Of a stretch of 64,000 nt of DNA, positions 1 through 9,273 are shown piece by piece. Position numbers and translations under genes: made by a program. The notes under the pieces are model-generated. The model did not search any database, was not told where the DNA came from, and was given only the letters and a program-made list of their open reading frames with translations. Source of the stretch: a virus. The stretch's first letter is position 1. Every line of letters begins with the position of its first letter. The stretch lies in the IMG/VR virus record IMGVR_UViG_3300027861_000010. One strand, given 5' to 3'.

Positions 1-4
1 CCGC

Positions 5-1570
5 ATGCCGTCAGACGTATTGGTCGCCACGTCCATGCTGAAAAACATGATTCAACTCCAGATGCACCACTTTTCGTCGAGTGACTCGCCACTGCCGATT
101 GTGAGCTGGAGGTTGCACGGCACGTCAGAGCTGCATAAACAGTGGTCGTCTCTGGAGGGTAGGCAGGTTGTTATCTGGGAGCGAGAACCCACAGCACCGA
201 TGCTGCATCAGGCCATGATGTGTAATGCGAACATTTCATTCGTCGGCCCTGAGACCAAGAGGCAAAAACCTAAAGAGGTAAAAGGTGCTCGCTGGAAAGC
301 CTGGGTCAGTCACGATCCGGCCATAGACATCTGGCGAAGGATCGTTCGCACGTCGAGGCCTTATGAGCAGGCTCTGAAAAACTGGGCCAGGCTGGCTACC
401 CCGCAACAACAAGTCAAACTGCTACAGGATGCTGAACAATACGAGGTAGAAACAGCCCGGTTGGTACGCAGCGTGCTGAAGCCGAAGGTCAGTGTCAAAG
501 TTGGAAAAAAGATTACAGTTGGTACCAGTTCCACTCGCGAACGACCTCGAACCACGACCGGTAAAACTACCGTAATTGAACGAGACGGTAAGTGGTACAG
601 CCGGGAAGGTCGAATTCGACTGTCTGGCGTGGTGCGAGTAACTCACGTCGTTGCCCGTCCGTCCGGTCATCAGGATTATGTCGGTTTCCTGGAAGCTGAC
701 GGTCAGAAGTTTGACTTTCAGGTTCCAGTTAAAAAGGCAACAGCCCAGTGGCTACGAGACTTCGGACTAGGCAATGGTGTTTACCTTTACGAACACCATG
801 GAGCTCATCGCAACCAGAATGACCTGTCGTCTCGCTTCAACCCGTTCGAGGCTGCTATTCAGTTTCAGATACCCGAAGTAGTGAAAGGTGTTGACTCCGT
901 CGGCTGGGACGGCACTGGGTTTCAATTCCATGGAGCTCACTTAGAGAACGGGGTGTTCCATCAAAATCCAGATTTTAAGCTGCCAGTCAAAGCTCCAGGC
1001 CCTAAGCAGAACTATTGTCGAATGCGAGAGGAGGTTAAAACGGCTCTCGCCAAAGAAGGGAAAGAGATGTCGATCGTGTGGGCAACCGCTATCGCCGTCT
1101 GTGCTCAAGTGACCGCTCCAGTGGTCGAGCTGCATCCGTTTGGCATTTGGATCCATCGTAAGCAATGCGATTTGTTCCTTCAGACGCTTTACAATCGCTT
1201 TGATATTTACCGCGGTGACTATACGGCCTGGAAGCACCGTTGGCCGCGACGGCTGGATAAGTGGCATCAAGCTATCAAGAAGGACGACACAGGTTTCTTT
1301 GTCACACACTACCAGTCGCAGCCTACAAAAGAGATTCAAGAGCTGTTGGTAGTAGAAGCCAATGACGAGGACTTACAGCCTCGAATGATCACACACAGTG
1401 CTGACAAGATCGTGCTCAACTACCTGCGACACTTCAGTCAACTCGACCACAAGTTCCCAGGTGACTGGAAGACTTGGGTTGAGCACACTGTTGCAGGCAT
1501 GCATGAAGTGTTTGACTTCGTAGATACCGCAGCATTCCGCCAGGCTCCTGAACGAGTGAAAGTTGTTTAA
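5..1570 (+). CDS. Hypothetical protein, possibly 5'-truncated by the window edge; weak resemblance to primase/helicase-associated phage domains
   Basis: 521-aa ORF, frame open to the window edge; no catalytic motif recognised. Stop overlaps the terL stop (TTAA at 1567-1570). Confidence 0.6.
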   Translation: MPSDVLVATSMLKNMIQLQMHHFSSSDSPLPIVSWRLHGTSELHKQWSSLEGRQVVIWEREPTAPMLHQAMMCNANISFVGPETKRQKPKEVKGARWKAWVSHDPAIDIWRRIVRTSRPYEQALKNWARLATPQQQVKLLQDAEQYEVETARLVRSVLKPKVSVKVGKKITVGTSSTRERPRTTTGKTTVIERDGKWYSREGRIRLSGVVRVTHVVARPSGHQDYVGFLEADGQKFDFQVPVKKATAQWLRDFGLGNGVYLYEHHGAHRNQNDLSSRFNPFEAAIQFQIPEVVKGVDSVGWDGTGFQFHGAHLENGVFHQNPDFKLPVKAPGPKQNYCRMREEVKTALAKEGKEMSIVWATAIAVCAQVTAPVVELHPFGIWIHRKQCDLFLQTLYNRFDIYRGDYTAWKHRWPRRLDKWHQAIKKDDTGFFVTHYQSQPTKEIQELLVVEANDEDLQPRMITHSADKIVLNYLRHFSQLDHKFPGDWKTWVEHTVAGMHEVFDFVDTAAFRQAPERVKVV

Positions 1571-3567
1571 CCTTCCCAGTCCAGGATCTGTTTGCCGCGT
1601 GTTGACATTATGACTTCCTCGCTAATCTGAATGTCTTCGTAAGCAGACAAATCAGGCCAACGACCGTGCATTTGGAACAGCATCATAGTTCCCATGGTCA
1701 CAGCTTGAGCGAAGTCATCTGGCCCTGCCGGGTCTCGAAGAATTTTATAACTGTCGCGACCTCCCCCTGACTCTCCTTTGTCTTCAATCAAGTTCAAGAA
1801 GTCGTGCAGTAAGCCAACATCTTCGCCACCTCTGTAGTCGTACTTAAAGAATCGTACGATATTGGACTTTATGAACTGGCAGGTGTAGTTAATAGCCCGG
1901 TTACGGTCCATTGTGTAATGGGCTCGAGGGTGGTTGTCTGTTGGTGGCTTGAAAATGATCAATCCACCCTTGGCTGGACCGGTATAGGCTACGGGCAGGA
2001 TGTTGTTCATCCCCAGGCCAGCTTGACGCATGATCGTCTCGCGAACAGTACCAGCACCAGTGTAATCGTGAACCAGGTGACTGCATTTGAATGTGGACAT
2101 CACGCCCATGACAACCTTGGCTTCACGAACGTGGTCATGCGGGTTCATGCTGCGGTAACCATAAATTACATCTACCCGTCCGTCAGGCCGCAAACCACAA
2201 ACAGCGATCGAAGTGTATGACTGCAGGGCCAAGTCGCTTTTGCCTTTGCTCACACCGCCACCACCCCAGTCAACCGAACAGAAGCGAAACAGGTAGCCGT
2301 CAATATGATCTCGGGCTTGGTCGACAGTGCGTTTCCAAGGCAAACAGGCGGCTTTCTTCAGATCAGTTACTGTGACTAACTTGGATCCGCTGTCCCAGGA
2401 TTCTCCGCAGACTTCGTTATAAAAAACGTGAACTGGAGTGTTGCCTTTACCGATCATCTTGTCGTTGAGCTTCTGCCACTTTTCCGGATCAGCATAATGC
2501 ATCGGCATGATGATCTGAGGGACGTGGTAGCCAGCAAACGACCAACGTTTATCCTGATGGCGATGTACCCAGCGGCCTGTGCCTCCCTGGTAAGGTGGTC
2601 GCGGATTGATTGGCTTCGCACATTTGGCACAAATCACGCCAGGCCGAAACTCACTGATATCTGGATGCGGTGGCCCGATCATCTTCATCAGGTCGTATTC
2701 CAGTGCCGGAATGTTCCAGTGGCGACAACCAGGGTGGTGGCATTTGACCATCCACTCCGCCATGGAGGAGTCAGTCCACAGTCGCTCGATTGTGTTATCG
2801 AGCGTCTTGGGAGTACCGGCATATTGAATAAGCCCCCAGTCCCGAGACGCTGAGACAGTCTCGTGAATAATCGGCAAGAACGAGATATCCATATCCTGGA
2901 TCTCGTCGATGACATTCTTGTCCGCCGAAATACCGCGAGTACGTTCCGCATCCAGATATGCGAACGAGAAAATCATCTGGCTGCGATTCTTAAAGGACCG
3001 CTGCAAGACATTGTTGATCGTCGAAGTCCCTGAGAACAGCTTCCCGACGGGGCTGGTTTCGATGAAGGGAGCGACGTAGTTCTGAGAAAAACGTCGGATC
3101 ATCTCAAACAGAGGAGTGATGAATAATGTGGAAAAGTAAGGGATGCAATTGGAAAAGAGGACCCCCTGTGACGCCAGCGACGTGGACTTGGAGACCTGGC
3201 GACCGGTCTTCAACAAAGTCATTCGTGGCATCCGCGTCCTAAAAAAAGGAGCAAATGGAAAGTGGTCGTGTAAGTGATATGGCTTACCGCGAATCGACAA
3301 CAATAAAGGGAGGATTGGTTTCAGTGTCGTGTTGCCCGATTGGTGCATCACGTACTGAGCCGCCCGTAGGCGTTGAATGATTGGGTCGTCTGTTGGAGCA
3401 GGTCTAAAGTCCTTCAACAGCGGCGTATCAAGCAACTCCTCGATCTTGACGTTGTACGGATCGTGAGCCTTTTCTTCTGCCAGGACCTGACTGGAAGTAC
3501 GCCTGGCTTTTTTAATATCTTCGTAACTTGTCATCAAGGAGTGCCAAATGAAGTACGAAACTGACAA
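1567..3567 (-). CDS. terL: Terminase large subunit (likely start ATG at 3534)
   Basis: N-terminal ATPase with Walker A-like LLKTGRQVSKST and Walker B-like NVIDEIQD; GTPKT coupling motif; C-terminal RNase H-like nuclease (CSVDWGGGG, DDFAQA). Confidence 0.85.
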   Translation of the reverse strand: MSVSYFIWHSLMTSYEDIKKARRTSSQVLAEEKAHDPYNVKIEELLDTPLLKDFRPAPTDDPIIQRLRAAQYVMHQSGNTTLKPILPLLLSIRGKPYHLHDHFPFAPFFRTRMPRMTLLKTGRQVSKSTSLASQGVLFSNCIPYFSTLFITPLFEMIRRFSQNYVAPFIETSPVGKLFSGTSTINNVLQRSFKNRSQMIFSFAYLDAERTRGISADKNVIDEIQDMDISFLPIIHETVSASRDWGLIQYAGTPKTLDNTIERLWTDSSMAEWMVKCHHPGCRHWNIPALEYDLMKMIGPPHPDISEFRPGVICAKCAKPINPRPPYQGGTGRWVHRHQDKRWSFAGYHVPQIIMPMHYADPEKWQKLNDKMIGKGNTPVHVFYNEVCGESWDSGSKLVTVTDLKKAACLPWKRTVDQARDHIDGYLFRFCSVDWGGGGVSKGKSDLALQSYTSIAVCGLRPDGRVDVIYGYRSMNPHDHVREAKVVMGVMSTFKCSHLVHDYTGAGTVRETIMRQAGLGMNNILPVAYTGPAKGGLIIFKPPTDNHPRAHYTMDRNRAINYTCQFIKSNIVRFFKYDYRGGEDVGLLHDFLNLIEDKGESGGGRDSYKILRDPAGPDDFAQAVTMGTMMLFQMHGRWPDLSAYEDIQISEEVIMSTRGKQILDWEG

Positions 3568-3721
3568 ACCCAGTGAGGTGATCTATGCGTTTTTGCACGC
3601 GATAGCAACCATCTGTACCAACATAGTCAAGCTCATCTTCGGATGTCTCTGGCTGGTTGGCGACCGGGTGGTTAAACTGATAACCAGTGAATCAGCAAAG
3701 GCTGACTCAGAAAACAGCTGA
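3548..3721 (+). CDS. Small putative membrane protein (57 aa, below the ORF-track cutoff)
   Basis: AAGGAG RBS at 3536-3541; hydrophobic core YAFLHAIATICTNIVKLIFGCLWLV; translated by hand. Confidence 0.5.
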   Translation: MKYETDKPSEVIYAFLHAIATICTNIVKLIFGCLWLVGDRVVKLITSESAKADSENS

Positions 3722-3745
3722 CATTCTACTCGTGGGGAGGCCAAC

Positions 3746-3961
3746 ATGCCATCTCGTAGTCCTTTCGCGTTCCAACGCCGAAAACAAATGCGACCGCTAG
3801 ATTGGCCGTCGCCGAGGTTTTCTCCGAGCCAATTACTCGTACATCAGTACCCCGATCCTGAGGGTAAATCTACGAAAGAATTGGTTGCAGGCGAAGGGGC
3901 ACCTCCCTCTGATAGAGTACAGCTGAATGACTGGTCTCCTCCGATACAATCGGAGGAATAA
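3746..3961 (+). CDS. Hypothetical protein
   Basis: GGGGAGG RBS upstream; 71-aa ORF in the tandem + strand run. Confidence 0.45.
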   Translation: MPSRSPFAFQRRKQMRPLDWPSPRFSPSQLLVHQYPDPEGKSTKELVAGEGAPPSDRVQLNDWSPPIQSEE

Positions 3962-3963
3962 GT

Positions 3964-4098
3964 GTGGACCGTGGTATTGCCCTCTGGTCCCTGTGTTTTC
4001 TGATCGCCTTTGTAGTGATGCTGATAATGGGAGAGGTAGGCCTCAGCCTGCTTGTTCTCCTGTTGTTGTTCATCGGGCTAGATTTTAACGGTCATTGA
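3964..4098 (+). CDS. Small membrane protein (44 aa)
   Basis: GGAGGA upstream, GTG start; almost entirely hydrophobic (IALWSLCFLIAFVVMLIMGEVGLSLLVLLLLFIGL); translated by hand. Confidence 0.5.
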   Translation: MDRGIALWSLCFLIAFVVMLIMGEVGLSLLVLLLLFIGLDFNGH

Positions 4099-4111
4099 TA
4101 CTGGGATTAGA

Positions 4112-4462
4112 ATGAACTTGATTGTTGCCGCTCTGGCTACCTGGCAGATCATCGAAATCTGGCACCATTCTCTACTAATGGCCCCGTTACGTTCTCGAAC
4201 TGAGATGTGGACGGGTAAGTTGGGAGAGCTTCTGAGCTGTCCGTTCTGTTTGTCTCCCTGGGTCGCATTGCTTTGCACTGCGGCACTTGGATTGGCAGAG
4301 TATGGGTTGGCGGGTCGATGTGGTAGCGTAATCATCTACGCCTTTGCCGCTGCTCGACTCGCCAACCTGGGCAACGATTTTTTCAAGCAATACGACCTAA
4401 CCCCGAAGGTAACCTTCGATTATGACGACGAATCAGACGGATACGGAGACTCCGTTGGATGA
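4112..4462 (+). CDS. DUF1360-like membrane protein
   Basis: Hydrophobic segments flanking the LLSCPFCLSPW motif typical of DUF1360. Confidence 0.6.
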   Translation: MNLIVAALATWQIIEIWHHSLLMAPLRSRTEMWTGKLGELLSCPFCLSPWVALLCTAALGLAEYGLAGRCGSVIIYAFAAARLANLGNDFFKQYDLTPKVTFDYDDESDGYGDSVG

Positions 4463-4811
4463 CGAGCAACAAAAGCTCATGTTCGACGAGAATCTCAATC
4501 AAGTATTTCGCGAAGCGTGCCAGAAGGCTTTCCTTCAGGTGCCTGAGCTTCGCAGCGTGGTTGTAGTCTACGACTACTACCGCAATTTGAATGACATGGA
4601 GGGCATCAGCAAAGGACTTTGGTTGCATACGGAAGGCGGTAAAACCAAGCCTTCCGATTCAGTAGCTGGTTCGCTTGGAGCGACATTGCAGGCAGCTGCT
4701 CACATCCTGGATGAGCAAATGCAGCTGTACGTGACGCTGACAAATCAACTGACTGAAGTTTCCAAAGCCCTGATGGAGAAACAGAATGAGCTCGAAGCCA
4801 GCCAAGAATGA
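4422..4811 (+). CDS. Hypothetical protein with C-terminal coiled coil
   Basis: 129-aa ORF coupled to its neighbours; heptad-like C-terminus. Confidence 0.6.
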   Translation: MTTNQTDTETPLDDEQQKLMFDENLNQVFREACQKAFLQVPELRSVVVVYDYYRNLNDMEGISKGLWLHTEGGKTKPSDSVAGSLGATLQAAAHILDEQMQLYVTLTNQLTEVSKALMEKQNELEASQE

Positions 4812-5385
4812 GGCACTCCAGGAGTCCCTCGATCAGTTGCTGGATAGGCTTGGTATCGAGAAATGGGATCTGCTCCTGATTGGAGACGGTTCCGGCTCTA
4901 ATTGGAATTTTGAATGTGGCTGGGGTTGTGTGTCGATTGAGCATGCAACCTTGGCACGAAAATCCTGGCACGGAGCCATGAGTGCTGGTACAGTTAACTT
5001 CGCAGAGATGATGGCTTATTTGCAGCCACTCTGCTGGTATGTGAATCGAGAAATGTTGCGGCGGAAGAAGGCCACTTATCAGGCCAAAGTCCGACACATC
5101 CACATCATCACCGATTCGCAATACGCGAAAAACAAGGGATCTAGTAAAGATCTTCTCTCAGGGAGGAACGGAGCCCTTTGGCAAGTGTTCAAACAATTCG
5201 GTGCCCAAGGTATGATGTTGCACTGGCACTGGATCAGACGAGAAACCGTCGCGTTGAATCAATTTGCCGATCAACTCAGCAAGACTGCGAGGTTGAACCT
5301 TAAAGGCAAGGACTTGCCGACACGAGTCGAGGAAAAGTCCTTTGACCCCTCGAGGACAATCTACCAGTTTAACCCTTGTGAGTAG
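4786..5385 (+). CDS. rnhA: Ribonuclease HI-like protein
   Basis: RNase H acidic motifs IGDGS, NFAEMMA, ITDSQY, WHWIRRE and NQFADQLS. Confidence 0.8.
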   Translation: MSSKPAKNEALQESLDQLLDRLGIEKWDLLLIGDGSGSNWNFECGWGCVSIEHATLARKSWHGAMSAGTVNFAEMMAYLQPLCWYVNREMLRRKKATYQAKVRHIHIITDSQYAKNKGSSKDLLSGRNGALWQVFKQFGAQGMMLHWHWIRRETVALNQFADQLSKTARLNLKGKDLPTRVEEKSFDPSRTIYQFNPCE

Positions 5386-5388
5386 ATC

Positions 5389-5970
5389 ATGAACCAGTGG
5401 TGGCAGTATTGGCCTGGCTATTTCAAAGCCGAAGAGTGCAAAAAGATCATCGAGCTGGCAGAGACCCTGCCCGCTATTGATGGAAAAATCGGCCACTCTG
5501 CGGACCTTGTCGAAACGAACCATAACGTCAGGCGGAGCACAATCAGATGGCTGCCTCGATACGATGGTCGTTTCTTCAATCTCTTCGGGGCTATGGAGAT
5601 GCTCTTCAATGAGGGCAACCGTAATGCCTTTGGTTTCGATCTCTCAATGTTTACTGAGATTCAATTCACAGAGTACGCCTCGGAAAACGAAGGCAAGTAC
5701 GACTGGCACCACGATACCACCTGGGTTTCATCAAAGCTCCAACGTCGCAAGCTTAGCATGGTCATCCAACTTACTGATCCAGCCGCTTATGAAGGTGGTC
5801 GGTTTGAGCTGAGCAAGGCAGACTGCGACGAAGTCCCTGATCCAGAAAAAATTCTGCCGCAAGGCACTGTAATCGTATTCCCTGCATTCTTGCGTCATCG
5901 CGTGACATCGGTGACCAAAGGCACCAGGCACTCCCTGGTTAGTTGGATGGAGGGTCCTTACTTTAGATAA
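5389..5970 (+). CDS. 2OG-Fe(II) oxygenase (prolyl-4-hydroxylase/PKHD-like)
   Basis: YDWHHD (HxD), RKLSMVIQL and HRVTSVTKGTRHSLVSW (distal His and 2OG-binding Arg). Confidence 0.85.
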   Translation: MNQWWQYWPGYFKAEECKKIIELAETLPAIDGKIGHSADLVETNHNVRRSTIRWLPRYDGRFFNLFGAMEMLFNEGNRNAFGFDLSMFTEIQFTEYASENEGKYDWHHDTTWVSSKLQRRKLSMVIQLTDPAAYEGGRFELSKADCDEVPDPEKILPQGTVIVFPAFLRHRVTSVTKGTRHSLVSWMEGPYFR

Positions 5971-5982
5971 AGGAGAAACTAT

Positions 5983-6315
5983 GTGATTGATCCGTTAGAC
6001 GAACTGATCAGCGACATCTTGGAAGATTCACCGAAGCCTCAGCCCTCAAAAGCTGAGGCTTCTGTCGTTGACACTCAAAGCGAAGAACCTCACGAGGAGG
6101 AAGATACGGACTTAACTTGGAAGAGAGTCCCAGCAAGGAAGCGAAATCCAACCTGCGGCACATGCCGAGCTAAACTCAAAGGCGGCACCTGGCATTGGTA
6201 CTACAAGGACGACGATGGCGACATCTCCTGGTGGTGCTACAAATGTATGGCTTCCATTGACTGTCTACCTACAGAGGAGGAAATGAAACGTGCAGAAAAA
6301 AGTACCAAAGTTTGA
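5983..6315 (+). CDS. Hypothetical Zn-finger protein
   Basis: CGTC and CYKC pairs; AAGGAG RBS. Confidence 0.55.
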   Translation: MIDPLDELISDILEDSPKPQPSKAEASVVDTQSEEPHEEEDTDLTWKRVPARKRNPTCGTCRAKLKGGTWHWYYKDDDGDISWWCYKCMASIDCLPTEEEMKRAEKSTKV

Positions 6316-6496
6316 CGTCAAGTCTGAGAGGAATGACATCAGCACTCAGGTACGAGTGCAGCAACTCGAAAACGGGTTTGTCGTGAAGACCGGCAACAAA
6401 CCTATCCATTATCCAACAATCGAAGAAGCCGCTGACGCTATAAAAGCCGGTCTGATTGCAGCAAAGTGGCCCAACGGAGAAAAACGACATGACTGA
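6290..6496 (+). CDS. Hypothetical protein
   Basis: GAGGAGG upstream; coupled ORF. Confidence 0.5.
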   Translation: MQKKVPKFDVKSERNDISTQVRVQQLENGFVVKTGNKPIHYPTIEEAADAIKAGLIAAKWPNGEKRHD

Positions 6497-7019
6497 GTCG
6501 GACATGAGTGAAACCTTGCGTCATTGGGAACAGGAAATCAAGGATCGTAAAACACTGGCAGTGAAGTTCGTGCTGATGGCAATGAAGCTTCACAACGTCA
6601 AATGTGTGGTCTGTGAGTATTCCGGCAGCGGCGACAGTGGTTGCGTTGAGGAGACACACATCCTCGAAAAACCCGTCGAACCTGATGATTTTCACTGTGC
6701 TGATGTGGGCGTCGACGAGACTGGAAAGACTGCGTTGGAGACGTCACCTCTTGGCGAACTGCTCAACACGTTTGAAGACACCCTGTTTGAATCCCACTTC
6801 GGAAACGCACCCACCACACTGCTCGAGGCGATCAATTGGGCCGCGGAGTACATGACGACTTCAGGTTTCGAGATCAACGACGGCGGACAGGGTGTGATTG
6901 TCTTTGATGCCGTCAACAACGAATGTCGTTGTGAGCACGGTTCCAACATCGTTGAAGTCAACTACGAGACTGAAACGATCGAGTTTGAGGAAGGTGAAAA
7001 TGCTGCCTCATCGGATTGA
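6489..7019 (+). CDS. DUF6878-like protein (paralog 1)
   Basis: CEYSGSGDSG and FEINDGGQG motifs. Confidence 0.6.
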   Translation: MTESDMSETLRHWEQEIKDRKTLAVKFVLMAMKLHNVKCVVCEYSGSGDSGCVEETHILEKPVEPDDFHCADVGVDETGKTALETSPLGELLNTFEDTLFESHFGNAPTTLLEAINWAAEYMTTSGFEINDGGQGVIVFDAVNNECRCEHGSNIVEVNYETETIEFEEGENAASSD

Positions 7020-7153
7020 CTTTGACGTGTGGCGGAACCTGTATGTCTCCACGCTGCTCGGCGGGGAGTTCGCCAACTGTCACGGTCAAGGTCCAACTCC
7101 TGAAGTGGCATACATCAGCCTGTTACTAACTGTCAGAGCAAAGAGGAGGCAAA

Positions 7154-7567
7154 ATGCCAAAGTACAAAGTTGAGTACGGGTTCGATGTACCAGCCTATGG
7201 CGAAGTTGAAATCGAACTCGATACCGAAGACCAGGAGAAGGTCATCAAGCACATCAAGGAGCTCTACAACAAGGACGAGCTCATTGACGGCTGGGATACC
7301 GCTCCGGATGTCGGTTGTGAGAATCACAGGGTGGTCCATGTCTTCCGCGAACATGGCGACCCCAAAGGCGACTTCCACAACTGGCAGAATCTCGACTGGG
7401 GTTACTTTGACCTCACCGAGGACGACTATTACGAAAACGACCCGGCTCTCTGGATCGTCTATGACGACGATTCGGGAAGCATCATGGGTCATGCAACCAA
7501 ACGTGAGGACGCCGTGGCTATCGCGGAACAGCTCAGCGACGTCCGTATTCTCAAAGCGAGGATGTGA
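7154..7567 (+). CDS. Hypothetical acidic protein
   Basis: GAGGAGG RBS; 137-aa ORF. Confidence 0.6.
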   Translation: MPKYKVEYGFDVPAYGEVEIELDTEDQEKVIKHIKELYNKDELIDGWDTAPDVGCENHRVVHVFREHGDPKGDFHNWQNLDWGYFDLTEDDYYENDPALWIVYDDDSGSIMGHATKREDAVAIAEQLSDVRILKARM

Positions 7568-7568
7568 T

Positions 7569-7976
7569 ATGGCGATCATCAGACACAAACTGAACGACTA
7601 CGAGTCCGTTACGGACAAAGCCGCGAAAAAAGGCGGAGCAAAAGAACGTAAATCGGAAGACTTTGACCTCGGTTGGGGAGAAACCCGCGTCTACGTGCTC
7701 GATGAGCACGAGTGGTGGGATCCGCATACCAGTACCAAGTACGACGGCCAGGGCATGTCGCGTCATGCGATGTATGGTCCTGCCGTCATCGTCTACGACT
7801 TTGCAGGCGGCGGCAGCAGTTCACATGAATTCCACGTGAACGATCCCCGTGCTTGGTCGTACGTCCGCCGGTGTATTGACGAAGGGCATGCTGCTCCAGG
7901 CAAAATGCCCTTAGGCCCTTCGTACAAGGAAGACCTTGTGACTATCCGAAGTGCAGGGGAGAAGGAGAATACATGA
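7569..7976 (+). CDS. Hypothetical protein
   Basis: ATG at 7569 immediately after the previous stop; in frame with track ORF 7170..7976. Confidence 0.55.
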   Translation: MAIIRHKLNDYESVTDKAAKKGGAKERKSEDFDLGWGETRVYVLDEHEWWDPHTSTKYDGQGMSRHAMYGPAVIVYDFAGGGSSSHEFHVNDPRAWSYVRRCIDEGHAAPGKMPLGPSYKEDLVTIRSAGEKENT

Positions 7977-8392
7977 GTCACCCGTACCACCACGCTCTTA
8001 GCAGCGTGAAGAAGTGGGGTGGAGAGCCTGAAGATTACCAGGCAATCCATAACTGGTTCGACGAGACCAAGGCCCACTTCGCTGACTTCCGGCACCGAGC
8101 CGCCCGTCATCATTCCGAAGGCATCTTCATGGCCGAACAGATCTTTGGGAAGACGATCACCATCAGTACCGGGCGGGTCGTTCCTGTCCGGTTCATCGGA
8201 GAACAGCACGTTATGGAGGACTGCGGCTGGATTCCAACCCTGGCTGACTGGCTCAAGAACATTCAGGCTCAACCCTGGATGAAGCGAGTGGGCCGTCAAC
8301 TGTCCAAAGAACTCGAACAGGAGAATTTCTGTGCCACCGCATCCCCTTCCGAAGAAGCTCTACGATCGTGCGAAACAGTTGGGGCTGGTTGA
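7973..8392 (+). CDS. DUF6915-like protein
   Basis: HPYHHALSSVKKWGG, HNWFDETK and RHHSEG motifs. Confidence 0.7.
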   Translation: MSHPYHHALSSVKKWGGEPEDYQAIHNWFDETKAHFADFRHRAARHHSEGIFMAEQIFGKTITISTGRVVPVRFIGEQHVMEDCGWIPTLADWLKNIQAQPWMKRVGRQLSKELEQENFCATASPSEEALRSCETVGAG

Positions 8393-8714
8393 AATCATTC
8401 TGGAGTTTTCAGGTGGCAGCGACGAAGGTTACCTGACTGTCCTGACGGGTGAGAACCCGCCGCAGGCTCCTGAAAAGCATTACAATGATCCCAATCTCAA
8501 GGCCTTTCACCAGGAGGTGGAAGACTGGGCCTGGTCAGTGTACGATTACAGCGGGACCGGTGACGGTTCCGACTACGGTGATGACATCACCTACGATCTC
8601 GAACACGACAAGGTAACGTACTCAGAGTGGTGCATGGTTCGTGAGGACCAGCCCACCGAAGAGATGAAACTCGAATGTGACAATGAAGAGAATGAGGAGA
8701 ATGAAGATTCATGA
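8331..8714 (+). CDS. DUF6878-like protein (paralog 2)
   Basis: LEFSGGSDEG and YSGTGDG motifs; AGGAG RBS at 8319-8323. Confidence 0.6.
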   Translation: MPPHPLPKKLYDRAKQLGLVEIILEFSGGSDEGYLTVLTGENPPQAPEKHYNDPNLKAFHQEVEDWAWSVYDYSGTGDGSDYGDDITYDLEHDKVTYSEWCMVREDQPTEEMKLECDNEENEENEDS

Positions 8715-9049
8715 CTACCAAAGTTAAACTTGGAGGAGTTGCGAAGTTCAAGGATGATGTCAAGAAGTGGGAAGCCCTGAGTCGCAAATTTGCGAAGTTC
8801 GGAGCTTCCGACACGGAACCTGATGCAGTGTTCCAGTGGTGCCTTAGGGATAAGGTAAACGGCGTGGACGTAAGAATCCCGCAATCCGCCCGCGACTGGC
8901 AATTGTATTCCAGTATGCAGGGCGTCGGTTTGGCTGCCTCTCACCTGACAAAAGCATTGGTGCGTTGTCTGGACTCGCTTGGGCAGGTCACCGTCTCGGA
9001 GCAAAAGGAACTTCGAGAATTCTTGAACGGATACCTGTGGCGTTGCTAG
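8711..9049 (+). CDS. Hypothetical protein
   Basis: ATGA overlap with the previous gene; 112 aa. Confidence 0.55.
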   Translation: MTTKVKLGGVAKFKDDVKKWEALSRKFAKFGASDTEPDAVFQWCLRDKVNGVDVRIPQSARDWQLYSSMQGVGLAASHLTKALVRCLDSLGQVTVSEQKELREFLNGYLWRC

Positions 9050-9273
9050 TGCAGAGCCACCATGAACATCCCCGAAACTCACGAGAACTCTGTAATGGTT
9101 GCCAACAAAGTCTGGTTTCTTTGTTGCGAGGGTAATTCTAGCGACTTCATGTGAGCGGATAAGCTGTAGCCGGTGGAGATTCGGATAAACCAGTTACTCC
9201 GATGGATCAGGGTGAAACCGGGCAGTGGGGATGTTCTTTTTTCAACAACCTTTTAGTAAGAGGAATTCAAACG

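Noticed and set aside
7170-7568. Ser/Thr-rich N-terminal extension of track ORF 7170..7976
   Set aside because: Overlaps the real gene 7154..7567 in another frame; the true start is ATG 7569.
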